From positions 1 through 45,791 of the forward strand of contig DUMO01000022.1 of the NCBI GenBank assembly GCA_012839865.1: 45,791 nucleotides of DNA. Reading direction: 5' to 3'. Below the pieces are notes generated by a model. That model saw nothing but the letters and a program-made list of their open reading frames with translations. It searched no databases and was not told where the DNA came from. The translations under genes were made by a program, and so were the position numbers. This document shows, one piece after another, positions 1 to 9,277 of this stretch; the stretch's first letter is position 1, and each line of letters starts with the position of its first letter. This stretch comes from Clostridiaceae bacterium (lineage in GTDB: Bacteria; Bacillota; Clostridia; CAYPLH01; DUMO01).

Positions 1-528
1 CCCAAAATGGACGGGATTACACTGGCAACCAAGGTAAGAGAACTTTATCCAGATATAAAAATTATCTTTTTGACAGGTTATACTGAGAAAGAGTACCTGA
101 AGGCAGCTATTTCACTTCAGATAGCAAGCTATGTAGAGAAGCCCGTTGACCTGGGCGAGCTTAAAAGTGCCTTACTCAAAGCAGTGCTCGACTTAATACC
201 GGATTTAAATAAAACACGTATAAATGAAATAAATAATTTTATTAGGACAAATCTTCACAACCCTGAACTTTCCCTGCAAACTATAGCTGACCATGTATCC
301 TTAAGCAAAACATATTTGTGTGTTATGTATAAAAAAGAAACAGGAATTACGATAAACGAATACATAAACATGCAAAGGATAAAAAAATCCAAAATGCTGC
401 TTAAAAACCATAAGTATAAATTGTACGAAGTTGCCGGTAAAGTAGGCTTTGTTGATGCAAATTATTTTTCAACGTATTTTAAAAAGTATGTTGGTGTAAG
501 TCCTTCGGAATACAGAGGTATAAGTTGA
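1..528 (+). CDS. Response regulator, receiver + AraC HTH (YesN-like), 5'-truncated by the window edge
   Basis: Frame is open from base 1 (PKMDG, the end of the D..MPxMDG receiver motif); IIFLTGY and YVEKP receiver motifs; C-terminal AraC signature (YEVAGKVGFVDANYFSTYFKKYVGVSPSEYR). Confidence 0.92.
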   Translation, partial: PKMDGITLATKVRELYPDIKIIFLTGYTEKEYLKAAISLQIASYVEKPVDLGELKSALLKAVLDLIPDLNKTRINEINNFIRTNLHNPELSLQTIADHVSLSKTYLCVMYKKETGITINEYINMQRIKKSKMLLKNHKYKLYEVAGKVGFVDANYFSTYFKKYVGVSPSEYRGIS

Positions 529-2342
529 TGCTGGTGTTGAGATTATCAAAGTATAAACATTTAAGTATAAAAAATAAGCTATTGGCAACTTATATAATTC
601 TTATAATACTCATAACTTTACTCTTTATGTCAATTAATTCTTACCTGGTGATAAGGGAAAACGAAAAGCAGGTACTATATTCGGCTAATCAGATATTAAA
701 TCAGACAAAATCATACCTTGATTCCCATACACAAACAATTCGGAATGTCATGAACTATGTATCCTTAAGTGAAGTTGTACAGCAGCAATTGGTAACAGAC
801 AGCCTTGTATACAGTAGGGATCTTTTCGAGTGGCAAAAAGACGAAAAAAAGCTTTTATCGGTATTAAGACTGGCGCTTAATACTGAGGAAATTGATCAAG
901 TTTCATTATATATGAAGGATGGACTTGCTAAAATAAAAGAGACAGAATATCTATTAAAACTTACTGACAAAGAAACCGGCTCCATGTGGTATGACAGGCT
1001 TTTGCACAGCAGTTCATTATGTGAATGGTTCCCTTCGGATGTTTTTAGCGGCAATGGGGATGATTATATATATGCGGTCAGAATAATCAGAGAAATAGAA
1101 AACATAAGTAATTGCATAGGAGTTTTGAAAGTTTCCATTCCATATAAGTATTACAGCAAAATCTTAGGACAGTCATTAATTACATATGGTACTTGCTCCG
1201 CCCTGGTAAATGAATACAATGAAATGATTTGCAATACGAATCCCGCTTTTTTTCAAAGCATACCTGATCTTTATGATATTATTGGAAATTACTCCAGGGT
1301 AAATGGCAGTAAGATGTGGCATACAGTAAATATTAACGGTGAGAAGTATTTATATGCAATCAAGACGGTATATTCAGGCTGGTATTTGGTAACATTCATA
1401 CCATACAGGGATATAAAGCATTTGAATATGGAAACACAGTCCCAATTCCTTCTTGTTTCAGCGATAATTGCTTTGCTTACTCTTCCACTTGCATTTTTTG
1501 TATCCCGGGAATCAACGAAAATTATAAAGGAACTGACATTGCAAACAAAAAAAGTAACCCAAAGAAATTTCGATGCAACAATTGATATAAGTAATACTAT
1601 ACATGAAAATGATGAAATCGGGGATTTAATACATAGTTATAATTTTATGATATCAAAAATCAACAGTCTGATGAGGGAAATGTATGAGCTGGGCAGGGAG
1701 AACAAAAATTTGGAACTGAAGTCGTTGCAAGCTCAAATAAATCCACATTTTCTTTATAACACACTTGATTTGATTGTATGGAAAGCCCGAAAGTACAAAG
1801 CCTTCGATATTGCTGAACTCGTCAAGCTGATCTCTAATTTTTACAAGTTGAGTTTGGGCCGCGGAAGTGAGATGGTAACAATAAGAAATGAAATTGAGCA
1901 TGTAAAAACCTATGTTAAGATACAAAACATGAGGTTTAACAACAATCTTCGCCTTATAAGCAGAATAAGTGAAGACATTTTGGATGTGAAGGTTCCAAAA
2001 TTGATTTTACAGCCTATAATAGAAAACTCAATTTTACATGGAATTATGGAGAAAGAAGAGGAAAAAGGAAGTATTACGGTTACAAACTCGGTAGAAAATG
2101 ACAATATTTACATTTATGTTAAAGATGATGGTGTTGGAATTCCTGAAGAAAAACTTGCTGAAATATCTGCAGAACTGAATAAAACAGATTCAATCATGGA
2201 TAACAACAAATCTCATGGTTATGGAATAATAAATGTGGACAGAAGATTGAAATTAAAATACGGACAGGAGTATGGCCTGTCCTATGAAAGCAAAATTAAC
2301 GAGGGGACAATTGTAACTTTAAAACTGCGCATATTGAAATAA
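528..2342 (+). CDS. Sensor histidine kinase, YesM/LytS-type (two TM helices, Cache-like loop, HAMP, His_kinase, HATPase)
   Basis: LQAQINPHFLYNTL H-box, PKLILQPIIENSILHG N-box, VKDDGVG G1 box, GYGIINV; ATG overlaps the regulator stop (TGATG), with GAGGT upstream. Confidence 0.93.
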   Translation: MLVLRLSKYKHLSIKNKLLATYIILIILITLLFMSINSYLVIRENEKQVLYSANQILNQTKSYLDSHTQTIRNVMNYVSLSEVVQQQLVTDSLVYSRDLFEWQKDEKKLLSVLRLALNTEEIDQVSLYMKDGLAKIKETEYLLKLTDKETGSMWYDRLLHSSSLCEWFPSDVFSGNGDDYIYAVRIIREIENISNCIGVLKVSIPYKYYSKILGQSLITYGTCSALVNEYNEMICNTNPAFFQSIPDLYDIIGNYSRVNGSKMWHTVNINGEKYLYAIKTVYSGWYLVTFIPYRDIKHLNMETQSQFLLVSAIIALLTLPLAFFVSRESTKIIKELTLQTKKVTQRNFDATIDISNTIHENDEIGDLIHSYNFMISKINSLMREMYELGRENKNLELKSLQAQINPHFLYNTLDLIVWKARKYKAFDIAELVKLISNFYKLSLGRGSEMVTIRNEIEHVKTYVKIQNMRFNNNLRLISRISEDILDVKVPKLILQPIIENSILHGIMEKEEEKGSITVTNSVENDNIYIYVKDDGVGIPEEKLAEISAELNKTDSIMDNNKSHGYGIINVDRRLKLKYGQEYGLSYESKINEGTIVTLKLRILK

Positions 2343-2503
2343 AGAAAAGCGAATAGATACGCGAAAGGCAGCCCATGCATTAATCAGGCAGACTTTTGCT
2401 TGAGAAAAAGCCAGTCTGCAGCAGATTTCCTGGCACGAATTTCCAATTTGATAATCCTGCCGGTATTGATATTGTAATATAATAAAAGGTTATTATTAGC
2501 GGG

Positions 2504-2533
2504 TTGACTTCGATTATCGAGGTATGTTATTAT
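2504..2533 (+). promoter_or_regulatory. sigmaA promoter for tRNA-Thr
   Basis: TTGACT (2504-2509), 18 bp, extended -10 TG-N-TATTAT (2528-2533). Confidence 0.65.
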
Positions 2534-2599
2534 TAATGAGGCAGTTGAGAGATCAACTGCCTCATTAATGATCAAATAAAGCAATAACATGAATTTCAT

Positions 2600-2675
2600 G
2601 CTGGTGTAGCTCAGCAGGTAGAGCAGCTGATTTGTAATCAGCAGGTCGGGGGTTCGAGTCCGTCCACCAGCTCCA
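2600..2675 (+). tRNA. tRNA-Thr(UGU), copy 1
   Basis: 76-nt cloverleaf GCTGGTG...CACCAGC-T-CCA; anticodon loop TT-TGT-AA; GGTTCGAGTCC T arm. Confidence 0.97.
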
Positions 2676-2677
2676 TT

Positions 2678-2712
2678 AAAACCTTGAAAGTTTGCGACTT
2701 TCAAGGTTTTTT
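2678..2712 (+). terminator. Intrinsic terminator after tRNA-Thr
   Basis: AAAACCTTGAAAGT / ACTTTCAAGGTTTT perfect stem with a 5-nt loop, followed by Ts. Confidence 0.85.
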
Positions 2713-2930
2713 AATTTGGTTTACAATAGTAAGGGCTCAGAGAAAATAAGATTGCTGCAAAAAAGCAACCCATTAAAATCCACTACTGAATTTTTGAGAA
2801 AAACTTGAAGGTGCAACTTATTGTCATAAAATGATACAATTCAGCTATTTTGCAGGAAATATGCCAAAGTTCTGCCGCACACATCAATTAATAGTATAAA
2901 AATATTTATTAATATATTTTTAAATAAAAT

Positions 2931-2959
2931 TTGACAATTGTTGAACGGTTTTATATAAT
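2931..2959 (+). promoter_or_regulatory. Consensus sigmaA promoter of the tad operon
   Basis: TTGACA (2931-2936), 17 bp, TATAAT (2954-2959), preceded by an AT-rich UP-like tract. Confidence 0.8.
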
Positions 2960-2991
2960 GACAATATATACTAAATGTGGGGGAAAAATAA

Positions 2992-4146
2992 ATGTCGAGG
3001 TTAAATATGGTCATTGCAGATATAGATGGCTATTATGCATGCAGTCTGGCAAAATGGATTACAGACAATCATTCTGCTTTGATTAGCCTTGAAGTTTATA
3101 CAAAACAAGACTCGGTTCTTGAATTTTTGCAAAGTGAAGGAAGAAAGCCTGATATTCTTCTGGTTTCACAGGACTTTTTGGAGGTTTGCAGGGAAGAACC
3201 CTGCGCCAAAACAACAATTATTTTATGTCCAAAAGGCTCTATGGATAAATATCCCCAATATTACTGTATAAATAAATACCAGCCTGCAGACGTATTATTT
3301 AATCAAATTATTGATTATTACTCCGAAACATGCAATGATGGCGGGCATCTTGCCAAAGGCAGCAGCAAAACCAAGGTGGTAAATATTTTCGCACCCCAGG
3401 GTGCTTCCGGGAAAACAACCATATCTTTATTGCTTGCACACCAACTTGCCCTGCTTGGACACAAAACCTTGTACATAAGTTTCAGAAGCTTGAATAATAC
3501 CGTCTTGAGCTTTATGCAGGGAACATTGGCAGAGAACCTGCACAATAGTTTTTCCAGGCTTGTTTATTATGTAAAACAAAACAAAAGCAATCTGGCTTTT
3601 AAGATAAACTCGCTTATTGCAAAGGACCGGGAGACTTCACTTTGCTTTCTTGTACCTTCCCACTGCTCCCTGGAGCTTGATGAGCTTACCGGCAGCGAGC
3701 TTGCGTCAATTATATCCGAAATCAAAGCAACTGGAAATTTTGAATATATAATAACCGTGTCCGACAGTTCCATTACACAAAAAAGTCTGAGCCTTCTTGA
3801 AAGTGCGGATATTGTGCTGATGCCTGTAAAACCAGATTTACACAGTATTGACCGGATAGCATTCTTTGACAGGGAGCTAAAGAAAATCGAATCTGCACAT
3901 AAAATTGAAGTCCGGTCTAAAATTTTCATAATGCTAAATAATTGTTCACAAAATTCAGGCAATACGGACTACCCTTATCCCGTGTTGGATTCCATACCTT
4001 ATCTTGGCAATATCGAAGGTGCAAAATACCTTTTTGATAAAAAGGTTTGCAATATCATGAAACCTGTTGCAAATAAATTAATTGAACAGCTAGGTACCGG
4101 TTATTCAAGGGGAGCTGAAAATGAATATAAGTACAATTATGCATGA
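2992..4146 (+). CDS. TadZ/CpaE-like protein (degenerate receiver domain + MinD/ParA-type ATPase)
   Basis: N-terminal receiver-like fold (MVIADID...PDILLV...KYQP); deviant Walker A APQGASGKTT; first gene of the tad cluster. Confidence 0.8.
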   Translation: MSRLNMVIADIDGYYACSLAKWITDNHSALISLEVYTKQDSVLEFLQSEGRKPDILLVSQDFLEVCREEPCAKTTIILCPKGSMDKYPQYYCINKYQPADVLFNQIIDYYSETCNDGGHLAKGSSKTKVVNIFAPQGASGKTTISLLLAHQLALLGHKTLYISFRSLNNTVLSFMQGTLAENLHNSFSRLVYYVKQNKSNLAFKINSLIAKDRETSLCFLVPSHCSLELDELTGSELASIISEIKATGNFEYIITVSDSSITQKSLSLLESADIVLMPVKPDLHSIDRIAFFDRELKKIESAHKIEVRSKIFIMLNNCSQNSGNTDYPYPVLDSIPYLGNIEGAKYLFDKKVCNIMKPVANKLIEQLGTGYSRGAENEYKYNYA

Positions 4147-5425
4147 GCTGAATGAGAAGATATCTGAAAACATGGACGTAATGAAAGATTACACCGACGA
4201 GGAAATACTTGAGCTGATAGAAACAGTGGTGTTTGAGAAAAGCAGGGACACATATCTTTCGACGGATGAAAAACATAAAATTATAACAGCTATTTTCAAC
4301 TCAAGACGAAGACTTGATATAATTCAACCTTTGCTGGATGATGACACAATTACGGAAATCATGATAAACGGTCCTGACAACATTTTTATTGAAAAGGAAG
4401 GCGCAATATACAAAACAGATTTAAAGTTTGAACAGGAAGATAAACTATATAGCATTGTTCAGGCAATTGTTTCAAAGGTAAACAGAAGTGTCAATGAAGC
4501 ATCACCTATTGTAGACGCGAGGCTCAAAGATGGGTCAAGAATTAACGTGGTGCTGCCTCCCATAGCATTAAACGGACCTGCTGTTACCATAAGAAAGTTT
4601 CCTCAAAAGCCGCTGACTATGGAACGACTGGTGGAGCTTGGTGCAATATCCCGTGAAGCAGCGGATTTTCTGAGGCTTATGGTCCTTGCCCGTTACAATA
4701 TCTTTATTTGCGGAAGCACAGGTTCAGGAAAGACAACATTTTTAAATGCCTTGTCAAATTTCATACCAGGCAGGGAAAGGATAATCACAATTGAAGACTC
4801 CGCAGAGCTTAAACTGATTGGAGCGGAAAATCTCATCAGCCTTGAAACAAGGAACCCAAATACCGAGGGCAAGGGGGAAATAAGCATTCGTGAACTTATC
4901 AGAACATCTCTCAGAATGAGACCTGACCGGATTATTGTAGGAGAAGTGAGAGGCCCGGAGGCTCTGGACATGCTGCAGGCAATGAATACAGGGCATGAAG
5001 GTTCCCTTTCTACGGGCCATGCCAATTCCTGCAAGGACATGCTTTCAAGACTGGAAACCATGGTTCTTACAGGAGCACTCCTTCCCCTTGACGCCATAAG
5101 GCAGCAGATAGCTTCCGCCATTGATATAATAATCCATCTTGGAAGATTAAGGGATACGAGCCGGAAGGTGCTTGAAATAAGTGAAATCTCAGGTTATGAA
5201 AATGGCGAGATCAAGCTTAATCCGCTGTTTGTATTCGAAGAAATTATAAAAAAGGAAAATTTAAAACCTGATGATAGTTTATATTTGAATGAAGGCATCT
5301 TGTCTTTTGATAAAAGTGTTATAAATACTGGCAAGGTGGAGGGCTGGCTTGTAAGAACCGGAAATAAACTAATCAACACCCTGAAATTAAAAATGGCCGG
5401 TTTATACCATGAGCAGGAGAATTAA
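4121..5425 (+). CDS. cpaF: Flp pilus assembly ATPase CpaF/TadA
   Basis: EIMING, VDARLKDGSRINVV, Walker A GSTGSGKTT, TIEDSAEL, LRMRPDRIIVGEVRG, MNTGHEGSLSTGHAN. Confidence 0.96.
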   Translation: MNISTIMHELNEKISENMDVMKDYTDEEILELIETVVFEKSRDTYLSTDEKHKIITAIFNSRRRLDIIQPLLDDDTITEIMINGPDNIFIEKEGAIYKTDLKFEQEDKLYSIVQAIVSKVNRSVNEASPIVDARLKDGSRINVVLPPIALNGPAVTIRKFPQKPLTMERLVELGAISREAADFLRLMVLARYNIFICGSTGSGKTTFLNALSNFIPGRERIITIEDSAELKLIGAENLISLETRNPNTEGKGEISIRELIRTSLRMRPDRIIVGEVRGPEALDMLQAMNTGHEGSLSTGHANSCKDMLSRLETMVLTGALLPLDAIRQQIASAIDIIIHLGRLRDTSRKVLEISEISGYENGEIKLNPLFVFEEIIKKENLKPDDSLYLNEGILSFDKSVINTGKVEGWLVRTGNKLINTLKLKMAGLYHEQEN

Positions 5426-5582
5426 GCCGGTTTGTGCGCGAACAGGATTTTTAAATCGGTTCATACCATGAGCAGGAGAACTAGGCCGGCTAGCGCTGTG
5501 AGCAGGAGTATTAAACAAGATAATACCAATAACAGGAAAACAGGATTGGTTTATATTATTAGCAGGAGAATCAAATTATGGC
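5404..5582 (+). repeat. Degenerate ~30-bp tandem array (6 units), each containing CAGGA
   Basis: CAGGA at 5414, 5443, 5473, 5503, 5533 and 5563 (spacing 29-30), plus an extra copy at 5541; units 1 and 3 share ATACCATGAGCAGGAGAA. Confidence 0.75.
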
Positions 5583-6534
5583 TGTTTTGTTGATTTGTAT
5601 TATTAGCACATTCTTTATATTACTGATATTAAAAATTGAAGGCAGCAATTCGACAAAGGATAAAATATTGTCTTATTTAAGTCTTTGCCACAGGAAAATT
5701 GCCAATATCCGCATTAAATTTAAAGTCATGCCCAAAAGCAGATTGCTGTCGCTAACGGGGAAAAAAACCGAAAAAATTGACACCAATACTGCAAAAACCG
5801 ATTACAACAAATATTCATTTTCTCCGGGAGAGTATTTTATATACCTTTTGCAAGCTTCAATTTTGCTTTTTGCAATTGGTTTCATGTTTTTCAGAAATAT
5901 TGTTTTAAGCCTTGTATTATGTTCCCTGTCGGCATTTTACCTGCCGGTTAAAAAGAAAAGCATTATTAAAAAGAGAAAAAATGGACTTCGGCTTCAGTTC
6001 CGGGACCTGCTTCAATCCCTGTCCTCTTCACTGTCTGCCGGCCGGTCTGTTGAAAGCGCTTTTAATGAGGCTCTGAACGATTTGAAGATTCTTTATCCAT
6101 ATGACGACTGTGCAATTATCAAAGAACTTACCATTATTAACAGGAAAATAAGCCTGAACGAGCCTGTGGAAAAAGTTCTGGCGGACTTTGCGAAAAGATC
6201 AGGGATAGATGATATTGAAAACTTCAATGATGTATTCTCCATTTGCAAAAGTACAGGGGGGAACCTGGTGGAAGTAATCAGGAACACAACAAGTGTAATT
6301 AATCAGAAAATTGAAATAATGAATGAAATAGATGTTATTATAGCTGAAAAAAAGTTTAGCCAGGAAATAATGAGCGTCACACCTTTTGGATTGCTAATGC
6401 TGATATCAACCGGTTCTCCGGATTATATAGAGCCTCTTTTCAATGCCAGGGGGCACCTTGTGATGTTTGCAGTATTGATTCTCCTTGCAGCATCGTATTT
6501 CTTAGGGGCAAAAATTATGGACATAGAAGTGTAA
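5578..6534 (+). CDS. tadB: Tad inner-membrane platform protein TadB (T2SS F family)
   Basis: FRDLLQSLSSSLSAGRSVESAF, LADFAKRSG, TGGNLVEVI; TM pattern; lies after cpaF. Confidence 0.88.
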   Translation: MAVLLICIISTFFILLILKIEGSNSTKDKILSYLSLCHRKIANIRIKFKVMPKSRLLSLTGKKTEKIDTNTAKTDYNKYSFSPGEYFIYLLQASILLFAIGFMFFRNIVLSLVLCSLSAFYLPVKKKSIIKKRKNGLRLQFRDLLQSLSSSLSAGRSVESAFNEALNDLKILYPYDDCAIIKELTIINRKISLNEPVEKVLADFAKRSGIDDIENFNDVFSICKSTGGNLVEVIRNTTSVINQKIEIMNEIDVIIAEKKFSQEIMSVTPFGLLMLISTGSPDYIEPLFNARGHLVMFAVLILLAASYFLGAKIMDIEV

Positions 6535-6573
6535 AAAGCATGGGTGGTGGAAAGCTGAAATATTTTCAGCAGG

Positions 6574-7557
6574 ATGAACATGTATGTGTTGTTGGTTTTT
6601 GAAATTTTGCTGGTGCTCATTCTCTATATTGCAGCCAGGGACAAGTACAAAAATTACCGGAAACAACTCGTAGTACTGGTTCCTTTACGACAAGACACGG
6701 GTAAATTTTCCTCTGCGACAAAAAAGATGGCAGGCTTATACGATGAGGACATTAGGAGCGGCGAACATCTTGCCAATACTTATACCGTAAAAAACGGAAA
6801 CAGTTTTTTGAGGTGTTTTCTGCCGGCAGGTTTGCATTTATTGAAGCTGGTAAATTGCAGGTACAGCTCAAAATATATGCAAACCCTGGAGATGAAAATC
6901 AAGCCATTGGTAGGCCAGGGTCAAGCCCGGTTGTTTCTTGAGATACATATGGCAAGAAAAGTAGTTATGTTGATTTTTACAGCAATTTTTTTAACCTTTG
7001 TGGCAACACAGGCTGAAGTTGATACGGCTTTCGGCCTGTTTAGCGGATTGCTGCTGTTTCTTATGTTTTATATCCCCGACAAGCAGCTTGAAAAACAGTT
7101 AAAGGAGAGGAACCGTGAAATACAGCTTGAGTTTCCTGAATTTCTAAACAAGCTGGTACTGTTGATTGATGCAGGAATGACAATTCAGGCTGCAATACGC
7201 AAAATAGTCAGGGACAGCAGGAAAGAGAATCCATTGTATTTTGAACTTGTTCAAACAATAAATGAAATCAACTCGGGAAAATCGGAAACCGAAGCTTTTG
7301 AGCTTTTCGCAAGGCGTTGTTCCCTTCAGGAAGTTACCTTGTTCACAGCAACACTGCTGCAAAATCTTAAAAAAGGGAACAGTGAGCTTGTCCCTCTTCT
7401 AAGGGTGCAAGCAGGAGCCAGTTGGGAAAACAGGAAAAACATTGCACGAAAACTTGGAGAGGAAGCTTCGACAAAACTGGTTTTTCCAATGATACTGATA
7501 TTTATAGCAATATTGATTATGGTTGTGAGTCCTGCGTTGTTCCAGCTGAATTTTTGA
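6574..7557 (+). CDS. tadC: Tad inner-membrane platform protein TadC (T2SS F family)
   Basis: EFPEFLNKLVLLIDAGMTIQAAI, AFELFARRC, KLGEEASTKLVFPM. Confidence 0.88.
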   Translation: MNMYVLLVFEILLVLILYIAARDKYKNYRKQLVVLVPLRQDTGKFSSATKKMAGLYDEDIRSGEHLANTYTVKNGNSFLRCFLPAGLHLLKLVNCRYSSKYMQTLEMKIKPLVGQGQARLFLEIHMARKVVMLIFTAIFLTFVATQAEVDTAFGLFSGLLLFLMFYIPDKQLEKQLKERNREIQLEFPEFLNKLVLLIDAGMTIQAAIRKIVRDSRKENPLYFELVQTINEINSGKSETEAFELFARRCSLQEVTLFTATLLQNLKKGNSELVPLLRVQAGASWENRKNIARKLGEEASTKLVFPMILIFIAILIMVVSPALFQLNF

Positions 7558-7653
7558 GCTTGCAGCAGATTAGCCAAATCTTTTCCGGAACCTTAAAGCC
7601 GGGATTTTATATAGTTAAAATTTAATTATTTGCAAAGCGAAAGGAGGATGAGT

Positions 7654-7869
7654 ATGGGCAAATTATCTAAATTAATGAAAAAGGAAGACGGACTTGGCAC
7701 TGTGGAAATAGTTATTATAATTGCTGTGCTTGTAGGCCTTGCTCTTATTTTCAGAAATCAAATTTACTCATTTGTCAACCAGGTTTTTGAGCGTATTTTT
7801 GGCGAAGCGGGCAATGTAATAAGTGTTCCCAGCGGAACTGACATCCCGAGAAATACCATTGGCCCATAA
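7654..7869 (+). CDS. Flp1-like type IVc prepilin
   Basis: Short basic leader, class III signal KEDG|LGTVE with Glu+5, then a hydrophobic helix; AGGAGG 6 nt upstream of ATG 7654. Confidence 0.85.
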   Translation: MGKLSKLMKKEDGLGTVEIVIIIAVLVGLALIFRNQIYSFVNQVFERIFGEAGNVISVPSGTDIPRNTIGP

Positions 7870-7895
7870 AAATTTTAATATACAGGAGTGGTTTT

Positions 7896-9257
7896 ATGAC
7901 ACTGGAATCCTTGAGAAAATTAAACATTAACAGGGTAGGCAAAGTTGGCAGCGATTTGACTTTTGAGTTTTCCAAAATCAATTCCGGCATGGGATTATTA
8001 GATTATCAAATTGAAATGCTTGCAGAAAACCCGCAGGATTATATTGTTCCAATGGATGTCCGGAAATTTGACAGTACTTTGTTGTTTTCTTTTACCGTAT
8101 CAGCTTTGAATCCACTATCAGATTTTCTCAGGAAGATAAACGATGCAAATATGTTCTGGAATGTCATTTACAGCCTGGTATGCAGTTTGTGGGACAGCAA
8201 AAAACTTCTTCTATATGAAAGAAGTTTTGTCCTGGATGAAGAATTTATTTATGTCGATAGGAACAACAATGTCAGACTTCTCTATTTTCCTCTAAGCACG
8301 GAAGATAGTTTTAAGAAAGAACTGAAAAGTTTGTTGTTGAGACTGTTATCCAGAGTCACCCACATAATTCCGGAAGGGGATGAATACTTTAAAAACCTTA
8401 CAGCTTTAGCTAAATCCGACCATTTCAGTCTTGATGATTTGCTGGCTCTTTTCAGAAATTTCCGCTTCCGACAAGTTGAGAAAGAGCCTGATAAAGTTTA
8501 TGAAACAGTTGTAAATGAACAAAATTCCAGTAAAACCGGTAAGAAAGATACGGGCTCTTCCGGTTTAAAAAAGATTATCCTGCCTGCTTTGGTTTGCCAG
8601 GGCATGGTGGCAATAATCGCGCTAATTGCTGATAAATATATGAAATCAGCCGGTCTTGCTTTGATTGAACGGTACATACTGATAACCATTTTCATAATAT
8701 TTGTTGATTATGGTTTATACAAATATTATCTTAAAGTAAAGAATAGCGAAAAGAAGGAAGCAAGCGGGGAAATCAATTTGACTGGCAGTCTGGATAATCA
8801 TTTTGAAGGGAAGGATTCCAAAATTTACGTTTCCCCTCCTCAAATCGACAGTAAAAAGCTTACCGGTACACAAGCGCAAAGTTTTCCAGTGCATGACACT
8901 CCTGTATATCAGGTCAATAATGAGCCTGAAATGCACATGGAGGAGACATCGCTGCTTGATGGCGGCAATCAAGCCTTTGCATGGCTGGTGGGTGAGAATG
9001 GGAAATTTGAACTTGCAGGAGATAATATTATGATAGGCCGGAGCATTGATCTTGCGGATATAGTCATACCGGCAAAGTTTATTGGCAGGATACATGCCAA
9101 AATAATATACAGGGATGGTGAATATTACCTTTCAGATGAGAATTCAAAAAACGGAACATTTATAAACAATGCAAAAATTGAGCCCAAAAATGAGTACCGG
9201 TTAAAAAACGGTGATATTGTAACTTTTGCTAATATGGAATATACTTTTATTAAATAA
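7896..9257 (+). CDS. DUF6382-like N-terminal domain + 2 TM + C-terminal FHA domain protein
   Basis: FHA motifs IGR, IGRIHAKI, DENSKNGTFIN, LKNGDIVTFAN; N-terminal FVLDEEFIYVD...LLYFP typical of clostridial tad-associated FHA proteins. Confidence 0.8.
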   Translation: MTLESLRKLNINRVGKVGSDLTFEFSKINSGMGLLDYQIEMLAENPQDYIVPMDVRKFDSTLLFSFTVSALNPLSDFLRKINDANMFWNVIYSLVCSLWDSKKLLLYERSFVLDEEFIYVDRNNNVRLLYFPLSTEDSFKKELKSLLLRLLSRVTHIIPEGDEYFKNLTALAKSDHFSLDDLLALFRNFRFRQVEKEPDKVYETVVNEQNSSKTGKKDTGSSGLKKIILPALVCQGMVAIIALIADKYMKSAGLALIERYILITIFIIFVDYGLYKYYLKVKNSEKKEASGEINLTGSLDNHFEGKDSKIYVSPPQIDSKKLTGTQAQSFPVHDTPVYQVNNEPEMHMEETSLLDGGNQAFAWLVGENGKFELAGDNIMIGRSIDLADIVIPAKFIGRIHAKIIYRDGEYYLSDENSKNGTFINNAKIEPKNEYRLKNGDIVTFANMEYTFIK

Positions 9258-9277
9258 GCTGAGAAAGGAAGTTATTT

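Noticed and set aside
2384..2704. ORF-track proteins overlapping tRNAs (also 40305-40490, 40555-40788, 41098-41313, 42842-43114)
   Set aside because: These are translations of tRNA genes or their antisense strand, a well-known artefact.
5404..5582. CRISPR array
   Set aside because: Units are degenerate tandem copies with no constant repeat and unique spacer alternation, and no cas genes are present.
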